The notes: generated from the sequence alone by a model not told the origin. A stretch of DNA of 63,926 nt, filler included, from Octopus bimaculoides (GCF_001194135.2; 7 parts of 6 records of this genome joined end to end with filler, not necessarily neighbours in it), one strand, 5' to 3'. Counted from the whole stretch's first letter, positions 51,842 through 63,654 are shown. Numbers and translations are program-made.

Positions 51842-52447
51842 CAGTGGTTCTAAATCATTTTTTACCTATGGACACCTTTGATTCCTATTGTATTCTACTG
51901 GACCTCCATGGCCATTCACTGAATTAAAAAACATATATTATTACTGTACTTCTAAAATTAAATATTACAGGTATCTAACCTCTTATCTGGAATTCATAAA
52001 TCCGGAATTACTAGAAATCCGGCTATTTTTGAAACTGGCTAGCTTAGAATTTCGCGGGCTGTAGTAGTTCGCCGCGCGGCCGCTTTGTTTTGGTTTCCGT
52101 GGCGTATGCGTCACAACACGAGGCCAAATCAAACAGACCCTGCTTTAGAAATGTATTAATTTGTATATGTTATACAATTTTGTCCTTCAATTTTCGTTGT
52201 TTATTTTATATTTTCAGTATATATTTAGCCTATGTCCAGAAATCCGGAAAATCCAGAAATCCGAAAAATCCAGAAATCCGGACCACCTCCGATCCCAAGG
52301 TTGCTGGATAAGAGTTTCGGTACTTGTATTAGGAATTGTATTTAAAAATTAAAATATTTTGTGTGTAAGTAATTTATTGCTCATAAATTTTAACAAAATC
52401 TTACATGGAACCCCAAGGGTCATATTGACCCTGGTTGGGAACCACTG
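51842..52447. mobile_element. hAT (Charlie-like) MITE
   Basis: Ends cagtggttc...gaaccactg; 8-bp flanks ccttagac/ttttagac. Confidence 0.8.
51968..52326. mobile_element. Tc1/pogo-type MITE nested in the hAT MITE
   Basis: TA-caggtatctaacctcttatctgg...ctggataagagtttcggtacttg-TA; internal ccagaaatccgga repeats. Confidence 0.75.
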
Positions 52448-52894
52448 TTTTAGACGATGCGCGTTCATAACACACATGATTCGCCGGATTAAAACAGAAA
52501 TATAAATTCTTTACTGATTTAGCTTAGTCTAACCCAGCAGACTTATTATGACTAGTCGTAACAAATCCATATTTCCTATTTTCGGGCGTATGGTGTACCT
52601 AGGAAAACATTACTTAATGTCTCTGTATCGTTTTGTAAACAGCGGGGTTTAATTTGCAGTGAGGTTTTGGCTGCTATTTTTAGCATGTCAAGCAGCCACG
52701 TTGGGCGATGGAGGAGGATGTTACTCATTGGTTTGTAATATTAGAATGTTGATATCTAGGTTCGAGATTTGTAAACAAAAGTGTCAAATATCAACACAAC
52801 TGCGGAGAATCTATCTAAATATATAGTTCTTATAAACAGATTCCTTACGAATAACAATTATTATTTATTATTATTATTATTATTATCATTAAAG

Positions 52895-53446
52895 CCTTCG
52901 CCGAACTAGTAGAAGGCGAGTGTGTGGCACTTTCAAATCACCAGTGCTCCGGGTAGGGTGAGCTCGTTAGCCTTGGATGGCAATCAGCCTAGGTGAAGGA
53001 CCACTCTGGTTTCAAAACGAAGGGAACAAGGCCTCTTCCATCTTGGTGGGCGACCTTGCTAGATTGAGATGGTGTCTCAATTAAAATACCGGTTGGTGGT
53101 AACCTAAAAACACACCTCATTTGTGAGTGAAAATGTGAAGCAAAATAGCTAACGATAACGGTGTGAACAGGACTGGAACCAATGATGAAAGTGCCGCATC
53201 TGACTATCGGAGCATTCCAGTAGATGCAAATGGCGTGCCAGTCAGAGGATACAGACAGCGAAGTATTAGCACTCAACTACAAATATGGCTCAAAAAGAAT
53301 GGTACAAATGTAAACACCTACAAAAGTCATCTTTGCTTGGAAGTGCAAGAGTTTTCCGAAGAGTTCTTGAAGCATGATCAGTAAACAAGTGTCACCTTAG
53401 TCTGCTTGCTGTAGATAGCATCAAAACAAGCTAAAAGTTTTCATCA

Positions 53447-53478
<32 letters not shown>

Positions 53479-53480
53479 TG
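52895..53480 (+). mobile_element. Internally deleted R4/Dong-like element
   Basis: 5'-UTR-like segment, ORF-start motif YRSIPVDANGVPVRGYRQR, then QKSSLLGSARVFRRVLEA*, UTR and (TAA)n. Confidence 0.6.
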
Positions 53481-53699
53481 ATGATAATGGTTTCAAATTT
53501 TTCCACAAGGGTAGCCATTTTGGGGAAGGAGATGAGTCGATTACATCGACCCCAGTGTTCAACTAATACTTATTTTATCGACCCCGAAAGGATGGAAGGC
53601 AAAGTTAACCCCGGCAGAATTTGAACTTAGAACGTAGCGACAGGCGTAATACCGCTAAGCATTTTGTCCGGTGCGCTAACGATTCTGCCAGCTTGCCTA

Positions 53700-54365
53700 C
53701 ATAATAATAATAATACGACCATAACCAGCTGAGCATGTCCCTTGACTTTGATGGCATGCGCTGCCCTCTCATTCAATAATGATAATAATAACATTGTTTT
53801 GTCTTGGTATAAAAGATGGGCTACAGCAAATATTCTGCTCAATACCAGATTTGCTGGTCAGTTGATTCACCTTAACCAGTTGAGCATGTCCTTTAGTGGC
53901 TGGCGATATGTGCATCTCTGATCCCGAGCAGGAGCAGTGGGGGTGCATCATAGCCATGTGTTGAGAAGAATTCTTTGGGGTTTGAATAATTCACCCCTGG
54001 AAACATGGGTGTTTTGTTCATCATCCTTAAAACAAACCTTATTCAGGGACCTTTTGAACGAGATGGACTACTCGGCCTGAAGAAAATTCTAACTGGGCCC
54101 CACCTACAAGGTCATGCTCTGTTTATCTTGATATTAGATCACTATATCGTATACATATGGTTGTGATGTATATGCCTGGTGTACCCTTATCAGATGGGTA
54201 GTCATGATAAGTACATTGGGCTTCGTATATTTTACTCCAGTGTCACTTTGATGGCATGCGCTTCTCCCTCACTCAATAATAATAATAATGCGTTCAGCTG
54301 CAATACCAGGCAGTGAGTTTCGTGGTTTCTGATCTTAACTAATTGGAAGTGTTAGCATGTACACA
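53700..54365 (+). mobile_element. Tandem and partial copies of the ~540-bp (TAA)n-tailed retroposon
   Basis: Order is 3' end+(TAA)n, then a body lacking the 5' ~70 nt with 3' end+(TAA)n, then the 5' start again. Confidence 0.8.
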
Positions 54366-55094
54366 GATTTGCTTGTCGGTTGCTTGATCTTACCAATTAG
54401 TGTAGGGAAGATGAGGGAAAGTAAAGGGAGAGGAGGGTGAAATGAGATGAAATTATACATAGTATACAAAAATATGTGAACACATCTATGATGCAGTCCT
54501 CCCGATACAGGAGAATCTCCAACGAGGACCAATCAAAGAATCCTAAAGATCCAGGATTACCCTAGCCATCGAAGTCACGAGCCCTCACCCAACTGTTGCT
54601 CTCCAGTCTATAGGTTCATGTTTAGAGGAGGTCCATTCACCTTAATCATTTCCCTTTTCACCCTCACTTTCTTTTTCCAAGCGGAACTTTAAAAAGTCGA
54701 TGAGAGCTTGACTGAAGAAGATGCTGTCTTTGCTCAATCCGTTCAGCCTTGTACACCAAACAGCTGCTTTCTCCAGTCACTGAACAGATAAACACCACCG
54801 TGTTAAAGTTGGTTGGTGGAGCGGTCCTCAGCTGATTGTCAGATGTCCTACAGGCGTCAACAGCTGTTCGACAGAAAACTCCACAAGTCAGTAATATTCC
54901 AGCGGTACAGTATTCCAACATTCCACGAGTGCATGCATTACAGTTTCGTCTAAATTTTGGCAGAAGGCCAGTAATTTTGAAGGGAGGGGCTTAATCGATT
55001 ATAATGACCTCAGTTAGTACTTGAATGGTAATTTGTGTTATCGCTCCTGAAGGGATGAAAGGCAAAGTTGACCTCAGCGATATTCAAGTTCGAG

Positions 55095-55430
55095 AAGGCG
55101 GCGAGCTGGCAGAATCGTTAGCACGCCGGGCGAAATGCTTAGCGGTATTTCGTCTGCCGTTACGTTCTGAGTTCAAATTCCGCCGAGGTCGACTTTGCCT
55201 TTCATCCTTTCGGGGTCGATAAATTAAGTACCAGTTACGCACTGGTGTCGATGTAATCGACTTAATCCGTTCGTCTGTTCTTGTTTGTTCCCTCTATGTT
55301 TAGCCCCTTGTGGGCAATAACGAAATAGGTATTTCGTTCGTCTTTACTTCCTGGCTTTGTCTTTCGGAGTCGATGTAATTGACTTACCCCCATCCCGAAA
55401 TTGCTGGCCTTGTGCCAAAATTTGAAACCA
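55095..55430 (+). mobile_element. Composite family B SINE (tail 2 copy then tail 1 fragment)
   Basis: Near-consensus head; two different tails in series. Confidence 0.85.
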
Positions 55431-56599
55431 ACAAAACATGATGTGAAGGCGCGTGACCTAGTGGCTTTGCGTGTGGTTAAGCACTTACGACGTCACGATC
55501 ATGGGATCGATTCCCAGACCGGCTACGCGCTGTTCTTGAGCAAAACAGCTCGTTCTATCTTGCTCCAGTCCAATCAGTTGTAAATGGATACACTCTGCTT
55601 CGGACTAGCCTCCCAATCAGGAGGAACGTTAGCCTGTCCGCCTAGCATCACTCAAAAGCTAAAACGATGCAAAGCGAATTGTGACCAGCCCTGTATAACA
55701 ACATCCTTTAGTCTGGTCGATCACGTGATCACGTGAACTTAGAATGATGCGTTTACGGAATTAGCCTAGAAAGTTAAAACTATGTTAAACGAAAATTATT
55801 TCATTTCTAAGATGTAAACAACTTTGGTTTCCATCTGGATTCTTGGCGCTCTGCCAATGAACTTTTGCATTAATTAGCATTAGACGCAATGGTAAATGGC
55901 ACTTAGTGCGCAAAAGAATTCATTGCATTTTTTTTTTTTTTGATAAGATGATAGGATACAGGACTAAAACTATATCGATCATTTGAAAATCGAAGAATAA
56001 AATCATTAATTGTAATTTAAGCTTGATGCGTCGATTAATTTTTGGGCTGTTTTGCCATGAATGTGTGTATATGCACGTGTTTGTATGTGTGTGTGTGTAT
56101 GCGTGTGTGTGTGCATGCGTGTGTGTGATGGTTATGTGTTTGTATTTGTGTGATTGTCTGTGTGCGCGCAAGCGCGTGTGTGTGTGTGCGTGTGTTTTAA
56201 TGCAAATATATATGAATATATATATGTATGTTTATGTTTGTGCGTGTATATATATATTATGTGAGTGTGTGTGTGTGTTAAATATGTGAAAAGCGTGTGT
56301 ATATAACAGGAAATCAGTGCGATACATTTTTTAATGTTATTTACATTTATATTTTGGTCATACACACACACATAAATATGTATGCAACGGGCTTCTTTCA
56401 GTTTCCGTCTACTAAAGCCACTTGCAATGTTTTGGCCGGCCCTAATCCCTAGAAGACACTTACCCAAGGTGCCATGCAATAGAACTAAACACGGAACCAT
56501 GTGGTTGGGAAACAAACAACTTACCACACAGCCGTGTCTGTGTGTGCGTGTGCGCGCGCGCAGAATAAAATGAAATCAGTGTTAGTTGCCTTCTCCTGC

Positions 56600-57600
56600 G
56601 TTGTGAGTTCGAATATCAGCGACTGCTTATATTCTTCATATTTTGGTGGAAGGCGTCAAATATTGTGATTTGTGTGTATTTCTTCTGTAACGAAGAACCT
56701 GAAATCTTGATGTATTCAAGATTCAGGCCAGCTGAGACTAGGAAAATTAAAGCTCCCAGCTAAAAATACATTGGCCTGTGGGATGGGCTCCTTTGTGGTT
56801 TGACTTATGAGCAACGAAGCATCTTTGAAGTGATCTCTGTGGTTAGCTGCATCAAGAAGACAGTAGGTAATGCCTAGGATCAAACTGAGGTCAATCACAT
56901 GCATTATTAGTGTATCACACACTGTGTTGGAGTGGGAGAGGAGGACATTTGTTGCCAGGTCTTCAATAAAGATCGCTATTTCTCCTTGTTTCCGTATTCT
57001 GTGGTCAGTTCTGAATAGTACATAACCTGACATCTGTACTTCCACATCCAATATGTCTGGGATCAGATACGTTTCACAACGTACAAGGTCTCTCTCTCGT
57101 TGTGCAAGGTCTCTATGATATGATATTTTTGCTCAATTTGTGAAGCGTGAAAGACCTTGTACATTTGGCATTTGTGGGTTGATGACAGCAATGGTGTATG
57201 GTTATACACTGGGTTAATAACAGTGGTTGGTGCTGTGTGTAAGCTAGAAGCCTATTTTTATTTCTTTATGCAGATTCATCATCGCTAAAAAAGACTATTC
57301 TTGTTTTAGGAGGGTTGTTGTCTGGAGTTGGTATGGTTGCAATGTTGAATATGATTGTAATTACATGTTTTGCGGCAGTTGGTTTTACTATTGTACCCAG
57401 CAGATATCTGGATGACTTCTGGGTTTCAATGAAAGTCTAGACCAACACTGCCACTATAAGGAATGTTTCTACTGTGGATTTAGAGGTGGTTTGGTGTCAT
57501 GCTTTTACCAGTGCATCGAATCCCTGGAAGATGAGTGAAGGGACAATCACACATCGGACATAGTCTTTTGTGTTGGGAACAGTAACAGGTTTTTAGGATT
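56600..57600 (-). mobile_element. CR1/L2-like LINE, AP-endonuclease and ORF1 remnant
   Basis: NVQGL..., DVEVQMSGYVLFRTDHRIRKQGEIAIFI...VFLAGSFNFPSLSW match APE motifs (GYxLxRxDR...GGVA; GDFNxP). Confidence 0.8.
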
Positions 57601-58389
57601 CTGGGTTATTTGTGTAGAAATTATTAAGAGTAATTTAGCATGTGGTGGTGGTGGTGTAAGATGTGTGGTTTGGCACTGGTTGGTATTGTTTGTACGAATT
57701 GTGCGTCATGTCCCAGGTAAATGGGTGAAGTTACAGTCACTGCGCATGCGTAGTCTCACGCGTTGCGAATAGCGGCATATTTTTGCGTTTCGTGTGTTCA
57801 TTTTATTTTATATACAATTGGCAGATTTATCATGGAGCTGTCAGGTATACATTCAGAGTGAGGTGGACAGCAGTGGCGAGTAGGGGGTGGAGAGAAAGGA
57901 GTGATTTTTTTACTAATTGGGGTGGTAACGGTAGTAGCAGTAGAACATGATGTCAATGGGGAAGAAGGATCTCTTGTGCTATTCTGAGAACTCGAGTGGC
58001 CTGACTGTGGAGAAGAGCCAGGGACTGTGTTGTTTAATAGGTCATCAATTGTTCTAGTATTGAAGAGTGACTTCCAATGCTGATCTTGATGTTATGGTAA
58101 GGGTTATAGCATTAAAACATTATGACAATGATGATGCTGGTTCATTTGTGTTATTCCAAGAAAATGTGGAAGTGGATAGCTGAACTGTGAAGGGCTCTTG
58201 ATTGTAGAGTTTAATAATTCATCAATTGTGCTAGTCCTGAGTTGGTGGCCGTGATTGTTGTTGTTTTTATATTGTTGTTATATAAAATTTAAATTTTAAT
58301 GTTGAGGGTGCTTTAATTAAGCAATATATCTTTCTGGCAATTTTGTGGGGTTTTCTTTTTATTTATTTTAGTTCTTTGTTCTTGTTACT

Positions 58390-58805
58390 CTTTTACTCGT
58401 TTACTTGTTTCAGTTATTTGACTGCGGCCATGCTGGAGCACCGCCTTTAGTCTAGAAAATCGATCCCAGGACTTATTTTTTCTAAGTCTAGTACTTATTC
58501 TATCGGTCGGTCTTTTTGCCGAACCGCTAAGTTACGGGGACGTAAACACACCAGCATCGGTTGTCAAACGATGTTGGGGGAACAAACACAGACATACAAA
58601 CATATACACACACATACATATATATATATACATATATACGACGGGCTTCTTTCAGTTTCCGTCCACCAAATCCACTCACAAGGCTTTGGTCGGCCCGAGG
58701 TTATAGTAGAAGACACTTGCCCAAGGTGCCACGCAGTGGGAATGAACCCGGAACCATGTGGGTGGTAAGCAAGCTACTTACCACACAGCCACTCCTGCGC
58801 CTATA
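58390..58805 (-). mobile_element. SINE family A, near-consensus
   Basis: Full-length reverse copy. Confidence 0.9.
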
Positions 58806-59201
58806 TGTGAAGAAACTTAACTTGAAGCAACATTTTACAGATCAGTTTTTAAACACTATTTTCTNNNNNNNNNNNNNNNNNNNNNNNNNNNNNNNNNNNN
58901 NNNNNNNNTTAATTAATTAANNNNNNNNNNNNNNNNNNNNNNNNNNNNNNNNNNNNNNNNNNNNTAACAGTTTAGATCTTAATTATAAAAAAAAATATGA
59001 AACCATTATTCTAACCTAATTTAGTTAATTGTAAGATATTTAAATGTAAGAAATTTAAATGTAATAATATGTTTTGAAAAAAATTTAAAGTGCCTACGTG
59101 ATAACTGTATATATAACTAGTTAAAATTCTGCTTTGAATTAATTTCTAGCCTGTTTGCTTTGGCTAAGTCAAAATGTTTTTTATATATTCTTCCTTCTCA
59201 C

Positions 59202-59244
59202 TTGGATTGTTTAAATGTAGCTACAACAGTAATATGTCCTTCTG
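59202..59244 (-). CDS. Exon 4; (A)EGHITVVATFKQS(K), phase 1 to 2
   Basis: Acceptor tttcatttcag (tandem CAGCAG), donor AA|gtgaga, one open frame. Only exon found in its linker-bounded block. Confidence 0.7.
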
Positions 59245-59463
59245 CTGAAATGAAATTTCAGTAAATTATCTGTATCTTTGTGCAGCTGAAGATTGCTCTG
59301 CATTTTACATTTAATGTAATGCTCGCATTGCTTAAATAAATGGAGTCACATGAAACGATCGTACAGCAGTAACCTTGAATATCCTTGTTGCCTATTTTGA
59401 TTATATATATATATATATATATATATACGTATATATTAAGAAAGAGAGAGAGAGAGAGAGATA

Positions 59464-59624
59464 AGTAAATGTAAGGATAAACAAGTTAGGCAGGTCAATA
59501 TACAAAGTATATTAAATACATGAAATACAAAAAAAAAATGCATGTTTATATACAAAAAGATTCGATTTACACAGAATAGAAATGATATAATAACCTACCC
59601 AACTTGCTTATCCCTACATTTACT
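59464..59624. repeat. Short fold-back element with 31-bp inverted repeats
   Basis: agtaaatgtaaggataaacaagttaggcagg versus the reverse complement agtaaatgtagggataagcaagttgggtagg (4 mismatches); no clear TSD. Confidence 0.7.
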
Positions 59625-59715
59625 TCTATACCCGCTCAGGTCTAAACCTCTTGGCTACTAAGTGTATTCTGTAAGCAGAATATCTGATTCTCATCTATGA
59701 ACTATAATATATATA

Positions 59716-60422
59716 CAAGATACGTTGGATAACTTGTAGACATATTTTTAATTTCGCGCATGCGGGTTGTTTGTTTTTGATTTTGTCGACTACACAGTAT
59801 AGTAGGATCAGTTGGGCACCGTCTGCAAGAAAAACAGCACCATGACGCAATTCACTCTACCAGAAATTTGGAAACAACACGCTGTACTTCTTGGCATTTA
59901 CGCCGGAAGCTCAAATATGAACATTTTAGAGTGTTTGGATGTTATCCTGAGGACAGTGCAATTTGAGAACATGTACCGAGAGTGATAAAAATCAAACATC
60001 CAGTCAGCATCATGGTGTTTGAAGTGATCACTAGTGATGGTGATTATGTCTCCATTCATCTTCCCATACGGCCTCACACTCAACATAGAGGCCTACATCA
60101 AATTCCTGGAGGAGATAGTGCTACTCTGGGTCAAGAGGGTGGCTGCTGGAACATCCAATGTTTGGCAACAGGACTCTGCATCATGCCACACAAGCAAGAG
60201 AACCCAGTCATGGCTGTCAGACAATTTCTGCGACCACATGACCAACTAACTCACTAGACAGCAACCCCTGTGGGGCACAGTTGAGCGAGAGACCAACAAA
60301 ACTCCTTGTAACACCAAAGAAGAACTGAAGGCAAAGATTATGGCAGTATTCACCAACTTAAACAGGGAGACCGTCCAGAAGAGTTGCAGGAGATTCCAAA
60401 GTTGTCTGGAGGCCGTGGTTGA
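59716..60422 (+). mobile_element. Tc1/mariner (maT/DD37D-like) transposon, internally deleted
   Basis: KHPVSIMVFEVITSDG, VWQQDSASCHTSKRTQSWLSDNF, WGTVERETNKTPCNTKEELKAKI...CRRFQSCLEAVV; left end TA-caag... Confidence 0.85.
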
Positions 60423-60964
60423 NNNNNNNNNNNNNNNNNNNNNNNNNNNNNNNNNNNNNNNNNNNNTTAATTAATTAANNNNNNNNNNNNNNNNNNNNNN
60501 NNNNNNNNNNNNNNNNNNNNNNTATATATGTATATGTATGTATGTATGTATGTATGTAATATATGTGTGTATGTGTGTATGTGTGTGTATGTATGCATGT
60601 ATGTATGTATGTATGCATGTAAATCCACTGTTGTTACCAGTTTGTACAAAATAGAGAATTTTTAGAAATGAGAATATCTTTTCGGTATTTGTTTGCAAAT
60701 AAATGATGTGTGATATTTCGCAAATGTGATGTTGTGGGATTTCTCAGTTATTTTATCAGAAAGACGAAAAAAAAAAATCACATATTTCGATGTAGGCACA
60801 CCTAATATAAAAGAATGTGCACAAACACACTCACATACGCACGTATATAAATGTACACATGTACACATACGCAAACACGTACACAGACACACACACACAC
60901 TCACACACACTTACTGACACGCACATTCAAAAATACTCAGATATGTTGTGTGTGTGTGTGTTTG

Positions 60965-60995
<31 letters not shown>

Positions 60996-61164
60996 AAATG
61001 AACAGAGATGGCTTTTTGGGGGATGGGGTGATATTAGTAGGCTATAGCTGTTTATGATGTATAGAAAGTAAGGTCCCAGCTCAACTGACCCCTCTACAAG
61101 TCGCGTTCACCCCATATTTTCTATAAAGGCTTTCGCTAGAAGCACACTATGAGCGTGTGAGAGT

Positions 61165-61293
<129 letters not shown>

Positions 61294-61579
61294 GAGATAG
61301 ATAGATATATGGGGGCGGGGATAATGTTTGGGAGGAATAATTATCCCCCTCCCATCAAAAGCCACCTGTACTCATTTTTTCAAATGTATNNNNNNNNNNN
61401 NNNNNNNNNNNNNNNNNNNNNNNNNNNNNNNNNNNNNNNNNNNNNNNNNNNNNNNNNNNNNNNNNNNNNNNNNNNNNNNNNNNNNNNNNNNNNNNNNNNN
61501 NNNNNNNNNNNNNNNNNNNNNNNNNNNNNNNNNNNNNNNNNNNNNNNNNNNNNNNNNNNNNNNNNNNNNNNNNNNNNNN

Positions 61580-61627
<48 letters not shown>

Positions 61628-61802
61628 GTACATACACATATATATATGTATGTATATATATGTATATATATATAATCATGTCAGTATAAATGCATATATG
61701 CTTACGTATATACATAATCTAATATAAGTATATACTTGTGTATGTGTACAGGTACATACATATACATGCACCTCAGACACTTACACACATACACATGTAT
61801 AC

Positions 61803-61881
<79 letters not shown>

Positions 61882-62028
61882 TGTGTGTGTATGTTTATGT
61901 ATACATATATATATGTATATGTAAATGTATGTATATATAGATATGTGTGTCTATGTGCATATATGTGTAAAGACAAGGTACAAATAATGGTCATTAGATA
62001 TTCTGTCATTGTAGTAAATTGGACTTAC

Positions 62029-62095
62029 CGCTGTTTCCGATTTCATTATAGGTTCGTTCATAGATCGGTTTACTCAATCGCCCCATTGATCCGTT
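62029..62095 (-). CDS. Exon 3; NGSMGRLSKPIYERTYNEIGNS, phase 0 to 1
   Basis: Acceptor aatcttcactcag, consensus donor GCG|gtaagt, one open frame. 168-nt intron to exon 2. Confidence 0.75.
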
Positions 62096-62263
62096 CTGAG
62101 TGAAGATTGTTTGTGTCTGACAATGATAGCATTAGTTCTTTACGATTGTATGTTTTTTCTTACTTGATGAATGGACTTCTCGAGAAACAACTGCAAGTGG
62201 AATTTACTACAATAATGTAATATGTACTAATATACAGAAATATGCAATGACTATTATTTTTAC

Positions 62264-62342
62264 CTTGTCTTGCATATCACTCTGTGTAAAAGACCTTTTA
62301 GCTAGGAATACAACCATGTTTACAATATAGAGCGGCGATGGC
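62264..62342 (-). CDS. Exon 2; PSPLYIVNMVVFLAKRSFTQSDMQDK, phase 2 to 0
   Basis: Acceptor ggttctag, donor AAG|gtaaaa. Only one of three frames is open, and it fits both neighbours. Confidence 0.65.
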
Positions 62343-62639
62343 CTAGAACCTCAGACCCTGCCAGAATAATACACAGAGATCTTAACCGATTTAAATATAT
62401 ATGTGTGTTTAAATATATATGTGTATATATATATANNNNNNNNNNNNNNNNNNNNNNNNNNNNNNNNNNNNNNNNNNNNTTAATTAATTAANNNNNNNNN
62501 NNNNNNNNNNNNNNNNNNNNNNNNNNNNNNNNNNNTGTGTGTGTGTGTGTGTGTGACTTAAATTGGCTTAGTTCTTTATCGGCCCAGGCCGTATCTAATT
62601 TAATAATAGCACCTGGAAAAGTCTTTTAAGTTATGTTTC

Positions 62640-62790
62640 AGGGCATCTTGGACCACTTGAGCAAAGAGTTGCTGTTGGCTGGGACTTATTCAGGTTTTGG
62701 TGGTTTGTCTGTTACATCTTGGAGGAATTTATCCAGGTACTGTTTGAATGTCGTGGGATATTTTTCTACTTTAATTTTGGGTAAACGCTC
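62640..62790 (-). mobile_element. CR1/L2-like LINE 3' end
   Basis: YLDKFLQDVTDKPPKPE*VPANSNSLLKW. Confidence 0.7.
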
Positions 62791-63077
62791 CATAATACAG
62801 GACTATTCGAGATAAAACAAAAAGTTGTGTTGCAATGTTATGTGATGCGAGGGGCAGGTTTTGATACCCAGAACACCCAAAATGGCAGGTAAGGTAATGG
62901 CGACTCCAGTACTCGGGTTGTTCGGGCTTAGCCCGAGTATAAATTTAGTAGAGCCACTTGCATGTTAATTTCAGAGGCAGGCTGGTCCGTTGATCGGATG
63001 AACTGGAGCACACATCGTCGTTGCAAACGACGGAATATCAGTTAGTATAAATCAACCTCATCCTCCACCAACATTAC

Positions 63078-63118
63078 CATTCGATCAATGCCATCGATTC
63101 TTCTATGCAAGAACTGGG
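63078..63118 (-). CDS. Exon 1 (first in window) of uncharacterised spliced gene; PSSCIEESMALIE(W), phase 0 to 2
   Basis: Acceptor gatgactttgtag, with an in-frame TAG right at the boundary; donor ATG|gtaatg. TG plus G of the next exon gives Trp. Confidence 0.6.
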
Positions 63119-63199
63119 CTACAAAGTCATCAACGGCATCACCATAAAGGAAGCGTTCAGCAAGGAAAATAAATTTTCGGATACGAAACATACACCTAC

Positions 63200-63356
63200 A
63201 TATGCATATATTATTTACATTATTTACATTTAACGGATATTTGTCCTCATCATGTTTGTTCTTAACACGTTTCAGCTGATATACCCTCCAGCCTTCATCA
63301 GATGTCGTGGGGAAATTTCGAAAACGAGTTCTCATTCCTAAGGTATTTTTCGATGT
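63200..63356 (-). mobile_element. Penelope-like terminal repeat with degenerate hammerhead
   Basis: gacat-CTGATGA-aggctg gagggtatat cagct-GAAAC-gtgtt at 63262-63308. Confidence 0.6.
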
Positions 63357-63358
63357 TG

Positions 63359-63361
<3 letters not shown>

Positions 63362-63421
<60 letters not shown>

Positions 63422-63551
63422 TCACTGTCTGGAATCGAACTCTTAACCACTACGCCATATGCCCGTGGGCATATGGCGTAGTGGTTACTACTAACCCTAA
63501 GATTCCGAGTTCAATTCGACAGTGACCTGAATAATAATAATAATAATAATG

Positions 63552-63606
<55 letters not shown>
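63362..63606. repeat. Palindrome: (TTA)n, inverted tRNA-like head, tRNA-like head, (TAA)n
   Basis: Perfect 21-bp inverted repeat (63444-63464 / 63467-63487) around a 2-nt spacer; outer arms ttcaggtcactgtc / gacagtgacctgaa. Confidence 0.85.
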
Positions 63607-63608
<2 letters not shown>

Positions 63609-63654
63609 TGATATTTTAAAGCAAACACATAATTTTCTTATGGTTTCTTAAACA

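Noticed and set aside
63042-63235. Longer open frames on both strands around exon 1
   Set aside because: There is no start or splice support, and the frame linked to exon 2 is closed by a TAG exactly at the acceptor.
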